A DNA stretch of 64,000 nt from positions 1,152,001-1,216,000 of the forward strand of contig OZ247587.1 of NCBI GenBank assembly GCA_965233865.1, in the 5' to 3' direction. A program made the position numbers and the translations under genes. The notes under the pieces were generated by a model. It searched no databases and had not been told where the DNA came from. It was given only the letters and a program-made list of their open reading frames with translations. Origin of the DNA: Candidatus Neptunichlamydia sp. Its GTDB lineage: Bacteria > Chlamydiota > Chlamydiia > Chlamydiales > Simkaniaceae. Shown here piece after piece: positions 32,790-42,610 of this stretch. Numbering within the stretch: position 1 is the stretch's first letter; every line of letters begins with the position of its first letter.

Positions 32790-33431
32790 ACTACAGCGGC
32801 TACTACAGCAATTTTGGATGGGTTCAGCTTTATAGAACTGAACTTAAAAAGAAGCTTCGGATTTTTGTGAAAAGACCCAATGATTCATGGAGAGTCGATG
32901 AAACCTATACCAAGATTAAAGGAGTTTGGCATTACCTCTATAGAGCAATAGATTCGAATGGAGAAACAATCGATTTTTACTTAAGCGAAAGAAGAGATGC
33001 CTCTGCAGCGCTTACCATCTTCAAAAAATTAGCAAAAACAGGAGAACCGCGGGTTATTAATGTGGATAAGCATGCCTCTTATCCTCCAGCTTTTTCATCT
33101 ATGCAAGAAGAAGGTATTTTCAAGGAAACAACCCTCAGAAAAGTCAAATACCTCAATAACCTCCTGGAACAAGACCATAGAAATGTGAAAAGGCAATATC
33201 ACTTTTCTATGGGATATCACAGCCTAGAAACGGCTAGGAATACAATAGATGGAATCGAATCGATGCATATGATTTTCAAAGATCAAATTGAAGCGATATC
33301 GAGTGGAAACGCCTACGCTGTAAAGATATTTATTGAAAGCTTGTTTGAAGGAAATAAACTAGCAGCTTAATGACAAAAAGAGAGTGAAAAGCTTCTACTC
33401 GGGCCGATTCGGTGTTATTTGCAACACTACC
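32790..33431 (+). mobile_element. 5'-truncated IS6-family element (transposase 32867-33370 plus right IR)
   Basis: WRVDETY, YLYRAID and YLNNLLEQDHR motifs; terminal ...tttgcaacactacc. Confidence 0.9.
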
Positions 33432-33469
33432 GTTTGATGCTTGAATGATAGCACAACCCTTGAAAAAAG

Positions 33470-33580
33470 AGAGCCTGTAAATGCAAAGGGACCCAAAACC
33501 TCATAAAAAGGCGCCGAAGGGGGCCACCCCTTTTTAAGCATTCTTTTTTATCTTTAATGTCCTCGAGCTGCGCGCGAAAG
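33470..33580 (+). repeat. Block-conserved noncoding element, copy 1 (copy 2 at 60591-60699)
   Basis: Shared blocks agagcct, caaagggaccc, aacct, ggggccacccct, aagcattctttttt, tgcgc.cgaa at similar spacing. Confidence 0.75.
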
Positions 33581-33605
33581 AAAAAAATGAAAATTTATTT
33601 TCGAC

Positions 33606-34589
33606 TTATTTAGTGTCGTTCCTTACTTTTACAGACGTATAACCCATGGGAATGAAATGTTCGCCTAACTGATCTACGCCTGTGCCTCTATATGTTACTC
33701 CAAATAAATCTCCTTCACCTCCGGCCTCTCCCGCAAAAACTTTTGGCTCATCAATGGCTGCCCTTAAAGCAAGCTTGTGTAGGTGTGTTGGATTTGTTAT
33801 TTCCACTTCTCCAAAACCATCGGTATTGAAACTATAAGTTTTCTTCTTCCTTTCTTTTTTTATAGTTTCTTGCATTGATTTAATATCTTTACTTTTACAC
33901 GGTTCATTTCCTTCAGTAATTGATACACAAACATAATGATTTTTCGCGGTTGTATCACAATTCAAGGATTCCGGTTTAATTTTTCCTGTTGGAAAAGTTT
34001 TGCCATTCTTTCTTACTGTTGGAAGGTTTTTTTTTGGAATTTCTTTTCCTTTGTGTTCTATTTTATAATTTGCGCGCATTTGTTGACTTGCAGCATTATC
34101 TACGACTTGCAATTTTCTTTGACTTTTATCTGGAGAATTTCCCCTTGTTAATGCTAAGCCTTCTGGACGCTTTCCTATAAGTTTTTCATCGTTTGTCACT
34201 GGGTTTTCTTTAAATATTTGTTTTAAACAAAAGAGGCGACGGTTGTTCCAAGAAGTAAACTCACCTTTATCATGTTCGATTAACTCCAATGGCTGCCCTT
34301 GCTTCCAACCTTTTTCTGCTATTGTTTGTTTCAATTCATCAATAGACATCGAACCGTCCTTTAAAATAGGAGCAATTGTTGGATGAGAATATTTAACTTT
34401 ATCAAACTGGTCTAATGTCCAAAGTTCTACCCTTTTCTCTAGAGGCTTGGAAGGTTGCTTACCTTTGCCAAGCATGTCCTGAGCAAGTTCCTGTACAACT
34501 TCATCAGTTTGATGTAAAGTTGCTGGACCCTCATCATAAGAAATATTAGGAACAAGATCGAATGAGCGATCACTTACTGAGTTAGCCAT
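33606..34589 (-). CDS. Hypothetical protein with a ParB/Sulfiredoxin-like (toxin-type) domain
   Basis: VKYSHPTI...DG.SIDEL...GW..G.PLELI...SWNNRRL pattern; GGAG RBS before the ATG at 34589. Confidence 0.6.
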   Translation of the reverse strand: MANSVSDRSFDLVPNISYDEGPATLHQTDEVVQELAQDMLGKGKQPSKPLEKRVELWTLDQFDKVKYSHPTIAPILKDGSMSIDELKQTIAEKGWKQGQPLELIEHDKGEFTSWNNRRLFCLKQIFKENPVTNDEKLIGKRPEGLALTRGNSPDKSQRKLQVVDNAASQQMRANYKIEHKGKEIPKKNLPTVRKNGKTFPTGKIKPESLNCDTTAKNHYVCVSITEGNEPCKSKDIKSMQETIKKERKKKTYSFNTDGFGEVEITNPTHLHKLALRAAIDEPKVFAGEAGGEGDLFGVTYRGTGVDQLGEHFIPMGYTSVKVRNDTK

Positions 34590-34648
34590 AAAAAACTCCA
34601 TTTCTTAGCTTAAGCTTTATATTAAAAATAAAATTAATTGTAATTATA

Positions 34649-35554
34649 ATGGATAAAATCTATTCAAAAACAGAATTAAATAAAAATTTAAATTTATATA
34701 AAGATATAAACCTTTGTGAAATAGATATTTACACTCAGGTTTCTTTTCAAGAGCTTCAAAAACAAAGATTTGAGCTTGATATGGACTACTATATTTGTAT
34801 CGTTGAGGAAGGAGGGCATACATATCAATTTGATGCTTATCAGTTTATGCGTTCATTTTCAAGAGATAATGACATGCACAATCCATTAACAAATCGTCCT
34901 ATAGAGGACTTTTCAGTCTATTTTTCTTCAAAAGAAAACCCAGAATTTATTTTTTACGACAAGAAAGAAAATATTTTAAATAACTGTAATTCCTTCCCTT
35001 TATATTGGAATGAGCCAAGATGCTCCTTAGAAAATAGAATCGTTTTCCTTTTGCAATATGGAGAGAAAAACGAAGGTATAGACGAGCAAAAAGCTATAAA
35101 AGCTTATGAAAAAGCACACACATTAGGTAGTATTAACGCTAAGATGAATATTGCAAATTATTATAAAAAAAAATCAGATATAGATTCCTATTTATTTTGG
35201 GCAGAAAAATTAGTCACAGAGGTTTCTCTTCCATCTATACAAAACGTGTTATTTTGTGCCTCAGAATTTAGAAACCATAACCGATCAGATAAAGCATATG
35301 GATATTATTTAATGGCGGCTGAGGCTAATAATCTATGGGGTATGATAGCAGTAATTTACGGTCTTGAAAATGGCATTGGGGTAGAAATTAATACCCAAAA
35401 AGCAGAAGAATGGCGCAAGAAACTTCCAGAAAAATGGCAAAATGCTAGCATGGACAACTTTTCTAAATACCTTCAATCTATTCATTATGGATATAAAGAT
35501 GTTGGTTTTCCATTAGAAGAGGAGCAAACTCAATCAGACCTTCCTTCACATTAG
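34649..35554 (+). CDS. Sel1-repeat protein with a degenerate U-box/RING-like N-terminal domain
   Basis: AIKAYEKA..LG...A and ENGIGVEINTQKAEEW Sel1 repeats; N-terminal DIYTQ...FDA...NPLTNRPI. Confidence 0.7.
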   Translation: MDKIYSKTELNKNLNLYKDINLCEIDIYTQVSFQELQKQRFELDMDYYICIVEEGGHTYQFDAYQFMRSFSRDNDMHNPLTNRPIEDFSVYFSSKENPEFIFYDKKENILNNCNSFPLYWNEPRCSLENRIVFLLQYGEKNEGIDEQKAIKAYEKAHTLGSINAKMNIANYYKKKSDIDSYLFWAEKLVTEVSLPSIQNVLFCASEFRNHNRSDKAYGYYLMAAEANNLWGMIAVIYGLENGIGVEINTQKAEEWRKKLPEKWQNASMDNFSKYLQSIHYGYKDVGFPLEEEQTQSDLPSH

Positions 35555-35560
35555 GGAGTG

Positions 35561-35586
35561 GGTAGTGTTGCAAATAACACCGAATC
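35561..35586 (-). mobile_element. Isolated IS6 terminal sequence, inverted relative to 33406-33431
   Basis: ggtagtgttgcaaataacaccgaatc is the exact 26-bp reverse complement of 33406-33431. Confidence 0.85.
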
Positions 35587-35770
35587 TATGCAAGAAAAGA
35601 TCGAAGCTGCAGGCCACATCTTGGAATATCTTCCCCCATATTCCCCAGATTTAAATCCTATTTAGCATAAATGGGCACAAGCAAAATCTAAACGAAGAAA
35701 ATATCAATGGGGAATTGATGAACTTTTTAAGGAACATTGCCTATAACTAAATTATATCAACTTAGCTATA
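35587..35770 (+). mobile_element. IS630-family 3' remnant
   Basis: LEYLPPYSPDLNPI*HKWAQAK with an in-frame stop, followed by a terminal sequence ending in TA. Confidence 0.85.
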
Positions 35771-35883
35771 AGCAGCATGATCTTATCTCTAAAAGAGTTT
35801 TAAGAGACCTGTAATTAGGCTTTTTTCGTCTTACCTTTGAAAGATCATGCCGCTTATTTAGAAACGTCTTCCTTACCTCCGCT

Positions 35884-37191
35884 TTACAGCTCATCAACAG
35901 GAAGTCCTTTATGATAGAGGGCATGCTTGATAAAAAAACCTTCAGAGTCATAGAGTGTAACGGTTCCCTCTCCATTTTCAACGGTGGAAACGGGAGTTTT
36001 TTCTCCCCGCTTTATGTAAGTTCCTCTGCGAAGCTGGTCATTCTCATACTCTTCGATCATCATCAGAGAGCCATCCTGATACCATGCTGAACAAATTCCA
36101 TGTCTCTTGTTATCTCTAATTTCTCTCTCACTCTCTAAATTCCCAGTGGGATACCAAGTTCTGCAGATTCCCTGAATTCCATCCTGAACCCATTCGATAT
36201 ATAGCTTTGGCTTGATTTTTTCTTCCCCAAAAGATGTGTAATAGACCCACTCCTCACCATGTTTCACTCCCTCTTTAGTGTGGAACAGAGTAGTCAGAGC
36301 TCCTCGCTCACTAAATACCTGGACTTCTCCATCTGGGGTTCCATTACGATACTCTCTAATAGAGTGAAGCGTCCCATTTAAAAAAACCGCCTGTTTCCCG
36401 TTGCCGTGTTCGATTTTTCCAATTATTTTTCCAGAAAAATCATGGTAAGTTGCATTAATCAAAAAGTCGTTTCTATACTCTTCTGAGTAAGATGGCTGTT
36501 TATTGTCTCCTTTAAACATCGCAATCCCTTGACGCTTTCCTTTCGAATATGGAGTCTTTCCAATCACTTGTCCTTGCTCATTATAATAAAGAAGATCTCC
36601 ATCAATTCGATCAACTTCGTAAGGAATCATCTTTTCCACAACGCCATTGTGATGATAATAGTAGGAATTCCCTTGAAGATTCCCTTTTTCATAATAAATC
36701 TCAGCTTGAAGGCGGCCTGCAGAATCCCAGACCTTTGAAACCCCATCAAAAATCCATCCTTTTTGAGCATTTTCGCTCAAATCGCCAAGACCCTCAATGA
36801 CAACAACGTCTAAACGAGGGTTTCCGTTATCATGCCATTCTCGGTAGATCCCGCAAGCTCTACCATTTATAACTTCTAGGTACTGCCAAATCTCCCCGTT
36901 TTCATGATATGTCGTCAATTTTGAAATGGTTTTCCCATTTTCACTCCGTCCAAACATTCGAGTGACTTTTTCATAGGGTTGCGGAGCTAAAAAATTTGTT
37001 TTTTCATACATGGATAAGCGATCGGAGGAACTAATTGTTTCTTTGAATCCATTTCGATTAAGAACCTGGACACTTGTAAGTTTGTCCTGGTTCTCCGTTT
37101 GATGATTCCCGCATCCAGTTAATAATCCTAAGGAAATCAATAAAGATATAGAAAGCCATCTAATTTTCTTATTTTCAAATACAGTTATCAT
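35884..37191 (-). CDS. MORN-variant repeat lipoprotein (YwqK-like, conserved chlamydial)
   Basis: Lipobox LTGC and repeated G...WY.NG motifs. Confidence 0.85.
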   Translation of the reverse strand: MITVFENKKIRWLSISLLISLGLLTGCGNHQTENQDKLTSVQVLNRNGFKETISSSDRLSMYEKTNFLAPQPYEKVTRMFGRSENGKTISKLTTYHENGEIWQYLEVINGRACGIYREWHDNGNPRLDVVVIEGLGDLSENAQKGWIFDGVSKVWDSAGRLQAEIYYEKGNLQGNSYYYHHNGVVEKMIPYEVDRIDGDLLYYNEQGQVIGKTPYSKGKRQGIAMFKGDNKQPSYSEEYRNDFLINATYHDFSGKIIGKIEHGNGKQAVFLNGTLHSIREYRNGTPDGEVQVFSERGALTTLFHTKEGVKHGEEWVYYTSFGEEKIKPKLYIEWVQDGIQGICRTWYPTGNLESEREIRDNKRHGICSAWYQDGSLMMIEEYENDQLRRGTYIKRGEKTPVSTVENGEGTVTLYDSEGFFIKHALYHKGLPVDEL

Positions 37192-37859
37192 AAAGCTTTA
37201 CCTCTTTTTATTAATTGCATTTCTACTTGATAAGTTTCTCTTTCGACGAGCTTTTTCTTATTTAAGTGAAACCGTTTTGTAATAATTTGTGGACGCCCTT
37301 TTGGGGGCTTAAACTCCCCAATAGATACCCCTTCAATAACTGTTAATACGCGTTTAAGGTCATGACCATTTAATTCAACCAGGCGTTTCTGCGATAGTTC
37401 TAGTTCTTCAATTTGATTATCTGTTCTTCGCTTGCCTTCTGCAAAAATAAAACGATTGTTACCCTTTGTTAAACTGTCAAGCCTTTGATTAATATCATCG
37501 CAAAATTCAAAGGCAGGACTATTCATGACAAGGTAAAGTGTCTCTGTTTCGGGTAACAGGAATTGCATGGATTCAATGGCGTGGTCGACATAATAATGGT
37601 CAACATCATTATAGGTCTTAAAAAAGGCGCTTCGATCTTTTTGGAGTTCTTTGACCCTCTCCATTTTTATTGCTAAACAATCAATCTCAACCTTTATTTC
37701 TCTAAATTGTTTATTTTTATCCAAAATAGATAAAAGAACCAACAAGGTTGGCAACAAGCAGAGAGAATATATTCCAAGTACAAAACTTCTATTCTGAATC
37801 AGACAATTAAATGGGAGTTTAAGTGCGAAGGTAAAAGGCAATTTCATAGTGATCATCAT
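37188..37859 (-). CDS. Conserved chlamydial membrane-anchored hypothetical protein
   Basis: N-terminal TM and coiled coil; operon overlap with both neighbours. Confidence 0.7.
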   Translation of the reverse strand: MMITMKLPFTFALKLPFNCLIQNRSFVLGIYSLCLLPTLLVLLSILDKNKQFREIKVEIDCLAIKMERVKELQKDRSAFFKTYNDVDHYYVDHAIESMQFLLPETETLYLVMNSPAFEFCDDINQRLDSLTKGNNRFIFAEGKRRTDNQIEELELSQKRLVELNGHDLKRVLTVIEGVSIGEFKPPKGRPQIITKRFHLNKKKLVERETYQVEMQLIKRGKAL

Positions 37860-39231
37860 TTCTTTTCCAGTCTATTTCCTCACTTCCATTTACAGTTAAT
37901 TCGTCTTCTACAATAGCATCATGGAATGCACGCGCTTTTTTTGCCACAGGAGTTGTAAATGAAACGCGTACTTTAGGAAGATAGACCTCTTTTGGTTTCT
38001 CAATAGTGGGATATTTTTTTAGTTCATAGTCGATTTGAGTTAATTCAATGTCTTCCAGAAGTGGATGGGTCGATAAAAAAGCAAGAAAATTGCTAACCAA
38101 TGGCGGGGATGCAAAATAGTTCTCCTTTCCTTTGCTCATACGAAGAACATGATAGACGTCTTCCATGACCTCCTTAAGGCTTCCTTTTGCGGCTATATGG
38201 TGCAACTTAGGAAGGTCTTCTTCATATCTTTCTGAAAGAGATTCAACATGCCCTAACAAAGTTTTTTCTTTTTTAGAAAAAAATAGCTCAGAAGCAATCG
38301 TTGTAAATAAAAACAGTGCAGCCGCTATGCACATTCCGCGAAGCACTTTTCGTTTTAAGGTTTGCATGCCCTGTTTTGAAACATAATCCCCCTGGCGAAA
38401 CTGAATACTCATCTGGTCATTTTTAAGACAATCTAAAGCAAGACCAACTGGGATAGCAAATGGACGCACCATATCCCAAGAAAAACCTTTTTTTTCATCT
38501 CCATGAACTGGAACCATATCCTGATCCTTAGACAGTAGTGCTTCTATTTCTGCAGACATTTCTCCACAAAAAAGAACTTTTCGACCCTCACTTCCCTCTT
38601 CTTTATGAGCAAGAAAACAAAAGGCACGGTCGACTTCTCTCTTGAGTTTTGCAACTGCCTTCTGATCCATCTCCTTTCCAAGGTCGATTGAACCCATGTG
38701 AAGCGTCAGGTGAGATAATATTTTACTGTCTCGTTGAGAGACAATTTGAATCTTTGTTAGTCCAGTATGAAATACAACAAGGGTTGAAATCTCCGGGCAA
38801 GTAAAGGAAGCAAAGCGAGAAAGAGCCATTGGAACGGCTGACACCCACTCCGGAGAGAATCCTTCTTCTTCATATGACGAAATATGGCTCTCAAGGTTTT
38901 TCTTTGAGACAGTAAAAAAGAGAGCCTCAGTCTCATCGCTATGAGTGATGTAAATCGGCTTGACAACGACTTCATCAAGCTGATAGGGGATTAATCCTTC
39001 TAACTGAAAAGGAAGCGTTTTATGAAGAGCACGCTGCTTTTTTAAGGGGGTTTTCAGCCTCCGGAGGAGGAGATCTTGTCCCTCAATTCCCGTAATAATA
39101 TAGGGATTCTTTTTAGAAAAAAATGCATCTCTTTGCTTTTCCAAAAATTCTATAGACACTTCTCTGTTGACCTGTGAGATACAGGCGATGCGAATACTTG
39201 AATTTTCTTTGTGAATTCCAATAACTTCCAT
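37819..39231 (-). CDS. GspL/PilM-like assembly protein (conserved chlamydial)
   Basis: Actin-like N-terminal region (LPFQLEGLIPY), single TM and periplasmic tail. Confidence 0.6.
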   Translation of the reverse strand: MEVIGIHKENSSIRIACISQVNREVSIEFLEKQRDAFFSKKNPYIITGIEGQDLLLRRLKTPLKKQRALHKTLPFQLEGLIPYQLDEVVVKPIYITHSDETEALFFTVSKKNLESHISSYEEEGFSPEWVSAVPMALSRFASFTCPEISTLVVFHTGLTKIQIVSQRDSKILSHLTLHMGSIDLGKEMDQKAVAKLKREVDRAFCFLAHKEEGSEGRKVLFCGEMSAEIEALLSKDQDMVPVHGDEKKGFSWDMVRPFAIPVGLALDCLKNDQMSIQFRQGDYVSKQGMQTLKRKVLRGMCIAAALFLFTTIASELFFSKKEKTLLGHVESLSERYEEDLPKLHHIAAKGSLKEVMEDVYHVLRMSKGKENYFASPPLVSNFLAFLSTHPLLEDIELTQIDYELKKYPTIEKPKEVYLPKVRVSFTTPVAKKARAFHDAIVEDELTVNGSEEIDWKRNDDHYEIAFYLRT

Positions 39232-39304
39232 GGATCTATAGTAAAGGAATCGCTAGAAAAACAAAAGGATGGAAATTTTTTCATTTTGATGTTACCATAG
39301 ACCT

Positions 39305-39571
39305 ATGGCGTATGTAATTTCAACAATTCGATTATTATTCACGGTTTACTCTCTGATGCTAATTGTGAGGATTTTTGGGTCCTGGTTTCCAAGTTTTCAA
39401 CAAACCTCCATTTTCCGTTTCCTTGCTCACTACACAGATCCCTACCTTAATATCTTTAGGCGTTTTATTCCTCCCATCGGTGGAGTTTTAGATTTAAGTC
39501 CGATTATCGGCTTTTTTCTCCTTCAGTTTCTCGAGTATCTAATCACGCGCCTTCTGATCATGATGATATGA
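39305..39571 (+). CDS. yggT: YggT family membrane protein
   Basis: SWFP, TDPYLNIFRRFIPP and LDLSPI motifs. Confidence 0.92.
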   Translation: MAYVISTIRLLFTVYSLMLIVRIFGSWFPSFQQTSIFRFLAHYTDPYLNIFRRFIPPIGGVLDLSPIIGFFLLQFLEYLITRLLIMMI

Positions 39572-40560
39572 AAAAATATGTAAATCCTATTAAAATAGGG
39601 GCTCTTACCCTCCCAACAAATGTCTTTTTTTCTCCTCTTGCTGGTTGTTCCGACTATCCTTTTAGGCAGATGGCATCTCGCTTCAAACCTGGGTTAATAT
39701 TCTGTGAGATGGTGAAAATGGATGCCCTTATCCGCCACGAACCCTCTACGTATCATCTTTTAGACTATGACCCTTCAATGCGTCCGATTGGAAGCCAACT
39801 CTGTGGCAGCAAACCCGAGCTTGCAGGGCCTACAGCTCGCATTATTGAAGAACTTGGATTTGATGTTGTTGACCTCAATTGCGGCTGCCCTGTGGATAAA
39901 GTCACCAAAGATGGAAGTGGAAGTGGAATGTTAAAAAACCCAGAGCTTATTGGTTCGGTTATTTCAAACATGGTCGCAGCTGTCAACATTCCTGTTACAG
40001 TGAAGATCCGCACTGGTTGGGACGATGAGAGCATTAACGCCTCCCTTATCACAAAGATAGCAGAGCAAGCTGGCGCTCAGGCAATCTCAATCCACGGAAG
40101 AACAAGGAAACAGAAATATACAGGCAGAGCAAACTGGGACCACATTAAAGCCGCAAAACAGGTAGCTACTTCTATTAAGGTCATCGGAAATGGTGACGTA
40201 TTTGATGCTGAGGCTGGCCTTGCCCTTTTCAAACATACCCGATGCGATGCGATCCTAATTTCGCGAGGAACTTTTGGGAAACCTTGGATCGCTGAAGATG
40301 TGCGCCGTCTTGACCAAGGCCTTTCCCCCTTCATTCCTGATGTAAAAGAAACGCTTTTAAACCACCTTGCCTATACCGCAGCCTATCAGACAGACCGCAA
40401 AGCTCTTCTTGATATGAGACGTGTTGGCTGTTGGTACCTCAGAAATGGGACAGGCACAAAACAATTGCGTGAATCGTTGAACCGCACAAAAAAACTCACT
40501 GAGGTAGAAACCCTCATCAATAACTATGACTGGGAACAAACAAATTTTGAGAGTGCTTGA
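39568..40560 (+). CDS. dusB: tRNA-dihydrouridine synthase B
   Basis: DLNCGCP, VKIRTGW, HGRT and GNGD motifs. Confidence 0.92.
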   Translation: MKKYVNPIKIGALTLPTNVFFSPLAGCSDYPFRQMASRFKPGLIFCEMVKMDALIRHEPSTYHLLDYDPSMRPIGSQLCGSKPELAGPTARIIEELGFDVVDLNCGCPVDKVTKDGSGSGMLKNPELIGSVISNMVAAVNIPVTVKIRTGWDDESINASLITKIAEQAGAQAISIHGRTRKQKYTGRANWDHIKAAKQVATSIKVIGNGDVFDAEAGLALFKHTRCDAILISRGTFGKPWIAEDVRRLDQGLSPFIPDVKETLLNHLAYTAAYQTDRKALLDMRRVGCWYLRNGTGTKQLRESLNRTKKLTEVETLINNYDWEQTNFESA

Positions 40561-40659
40561 GCTTCCCCAAAAAAATAGGCAACAGCAACGAAAAACAGTA
40601 ACCAGTAAAACCACATCTCCCATTTTTTCATCCCTTCAAGATCAATGACTATCATCAAG

Positions 40660-40790
40660 ATCCCCATAGAAATTACGCGGCATAGAATGAGAAAAACCAC
40701 TTTCATCTATGAAAACTAAAGATCGACCAGAAGATTTTAGTTCATTGGTTTCTTTACAAAAAACAGATTTTTTTCTGCATCTGCCTTTGG
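40660..40790 (-). mobile_element. IS630-family internal transposase fragment
   Basis: LVFIDESGFSHSMPR motif. Confidence 0.65.
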
Positions 40791-41030
40791 ATGATTGAGA
40801 GTTTTTTATAGGATTTTTAGACCACCTCACTAAAATTAATTTTACTTCTACAAGTGCAATCAATTTATAATTATCTAGATATACAAAAGAATGGGTTAAT
40901 TTATGAAATGTTATTCTAGAGGTTGTTGGAACAATGAAGCAATGTAAGGTTCTTAAAAAGCTCTCTGAAATGATCGAGTGCTTCAAAGACCCCAGTAATC
41001 CAGATGATCTAGGGTATAGATCCACGAACA

Positions 41031-41066
41031 AAAAAAGGTGAGGCTCTTACAGCTCCCCACCTTTTG
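41031..41066 (-). terminator. Rho-independent terminator after the second porin gene of the pair
   Basis: aaaaggtg...cacctttt stem with a T-run on the minus strand. Confidence 0.5.
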
Positions 41067-41092
41067 TAGGATCTTAATTGCTACGTTTTAGA

Positions 41093-42268
41093 TTAGAAAT
41101 CCCATTTGAAATCTAGTGTTAAACCGTGCATGCTGACGTCTTCAGAATATCTCTCATATTTGAGAACTGCGGCGTCGTCAATCTTAATCATCTGGTTTTG
41201 TCTCCACCAGTAATTAGCTTCGAACCCAAGTCCAATCCCAAGATGTTGCTTGTTATTGTGGATGCACTTGTCAAAACGCAATCCGAGCTGCATCTGCACT
41301 GTTGGCGAAAATGCATGTCGGTTAGCATTAAGTTTGATTTGATTATCTGCAACAGCACTGAACTGCTCTTCGTGGTCTACATCAAAGTATCCAAAAAGAA
41401 GCGCACCAGCAACATTACCGAAGAAGCTAAACCCATTCCCAAGATACCACTTAGAGTCCATACCAACACGTGGTCCTAGACCCCAAAAGTTGCAATCGTC
41501 TTTAATGTGGACTGTATTCACACCAAGTCCAAGGTTGTTACCTTGATATTCAGGCCCTTGACCGTTGCTAGTAGCAACTCCACCAGTGTAGCGAGTTTTC
41601 TGTTCTTGATCAATCCAAGCAGTCTTCAAACCCCAGTGAGGGCGAAAAGATAGCTTTCCACTGATGTAGTGTGCACGACCTAGTTCCAAGTCAATTGCTT
41701 GGTAGTCAAAATCATACTGCGACTTTGCGCTAGAAGCATACAGGAATGCATCCCAAAGTGTTCCAGTAGCAGCGCTTGTTGCTACTACGATGGTAGATGA
41801 TCCACGAAGTGGAATAACTGTACTATTAAGCCCAGAGCGAGTTGAATCACTTCCACTGGAATTAAACCAAGCATATTGGAGTCCAACATCCCAACCATCA
41901 TGATCGAAGTTATATCCAAGACCGAAGCGCAGGCCCCAATCCCAATCAAAATCGATATCTTTAGTTCGACCTTTTACAGGAAAAGATCCTGCAGGGTCAT
42001 TGTCTGAATATGCAAATTCTGTCCCACCTACTTTTGCGTGCCAATATAACACGTCAGCAGTGAAGAACCAGCCACACCCGTCGACTTCCGCCCGAGCTGT
42101 AGCTGTTTGTGCACCATATGTTCCCATGGCAGTCTCAGTACGCACTTGCTGCATCTGGTTTTCAAGTTGCGTTACCCGAGAATCCATGTCCATGCCAGCA
42201 AAGGCAGTGGACGATGCCATAAGGGTAACAAGGGCGACTGAGAATTTTCTCAATAAGCTCACTTTCAT
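41093..42268 (-). CDS. Lpg1974/Legionella-MOMP-like outer-membrane beta-barrel
   Basis: GAGG RBS, signal peptide, LYW, WDWGLRFGLGY, FWGLGPR and terminal WDF. Confidence 0.85.
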   Translation of the reverse strand: MKVSLLRKFSVALVTLMASSTAFAGMDMDSRVTQLENQMQQVRTETAMGTYGAQTATARAEVDGCGWFFTADVLYWHAKVGGTEFAYSDNDPAGSFPVKGRTKDIDFDWDWGLRFGLGYNFDHDGWDVGLQYAWFNSSGSDSTRSGLNSTVIPLRGSSTIVVATSAATGTLWDAFLYASSAKSQYDFDYQAIDLELGRAHYISGKLSFRPHWGLKTAWIDQEQKTRYTGGVATSNGQGPEYQGNNLGLGVNTVHIKDDCNFWGLGPRVGMDSKWYLGNGFSFFGNVAGALLFGYFDVDHEEQFSAVADNQIKLNANRHAFSPTVQMQLGLRFDKCIHNNKQHLGIGLGFEANYWWRQNQMIKIDDAAVLKYERYSEDVSMHGLTLDFKWDF

Positions 42269-42558
42269 TTTTTTTACCTCATGGGGGTTAATTTTTAGCT
42301 TTGTTGCCTCAATTTTTTCTATAATGATAACGCCTAAATAAATGAAACAATTTTTTAAGTTTATTTTAAAAGATATTAAAAACATGTCTCTTTTGTTTAC
42401 GATAACCCTCCTCCTGAGAGCTGCAAAGTCGTTACCGGAAGCTGTCATAATATGTTAATCTTCCTTCAAACCCAGAGATACGAAATTATTTATATAATTG
42501 TACAGAATTATCTAAGCTTTTATTTAATTAAAAAATAATTTAAATAATTTAAATGAGA

Positions 42559-42585
42559 AAAAAGCTCTCAGTATGAGAGCTTTTT
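42559..42585 (-). terminator. Rho-independent terminator
   Basis: aaaaagctctca-gta-tgagagcttttt. Confidence 0.75.
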
Positions 42586-42610
42586 ATTGCTTTTGAATGA
42601 TCCCTCTAGA

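Noticed and set aside
32130..32790. Possible decayed minus-strand effector gene
   Set aside because: Only broken frames, with no motif that can be supported
35884..37191. YwqK-like gene as part of a toxin-antitoxin system
   Set aside because: It is a lipoprotein in a conserved chlamydial operon with no cognate toxin in the operon
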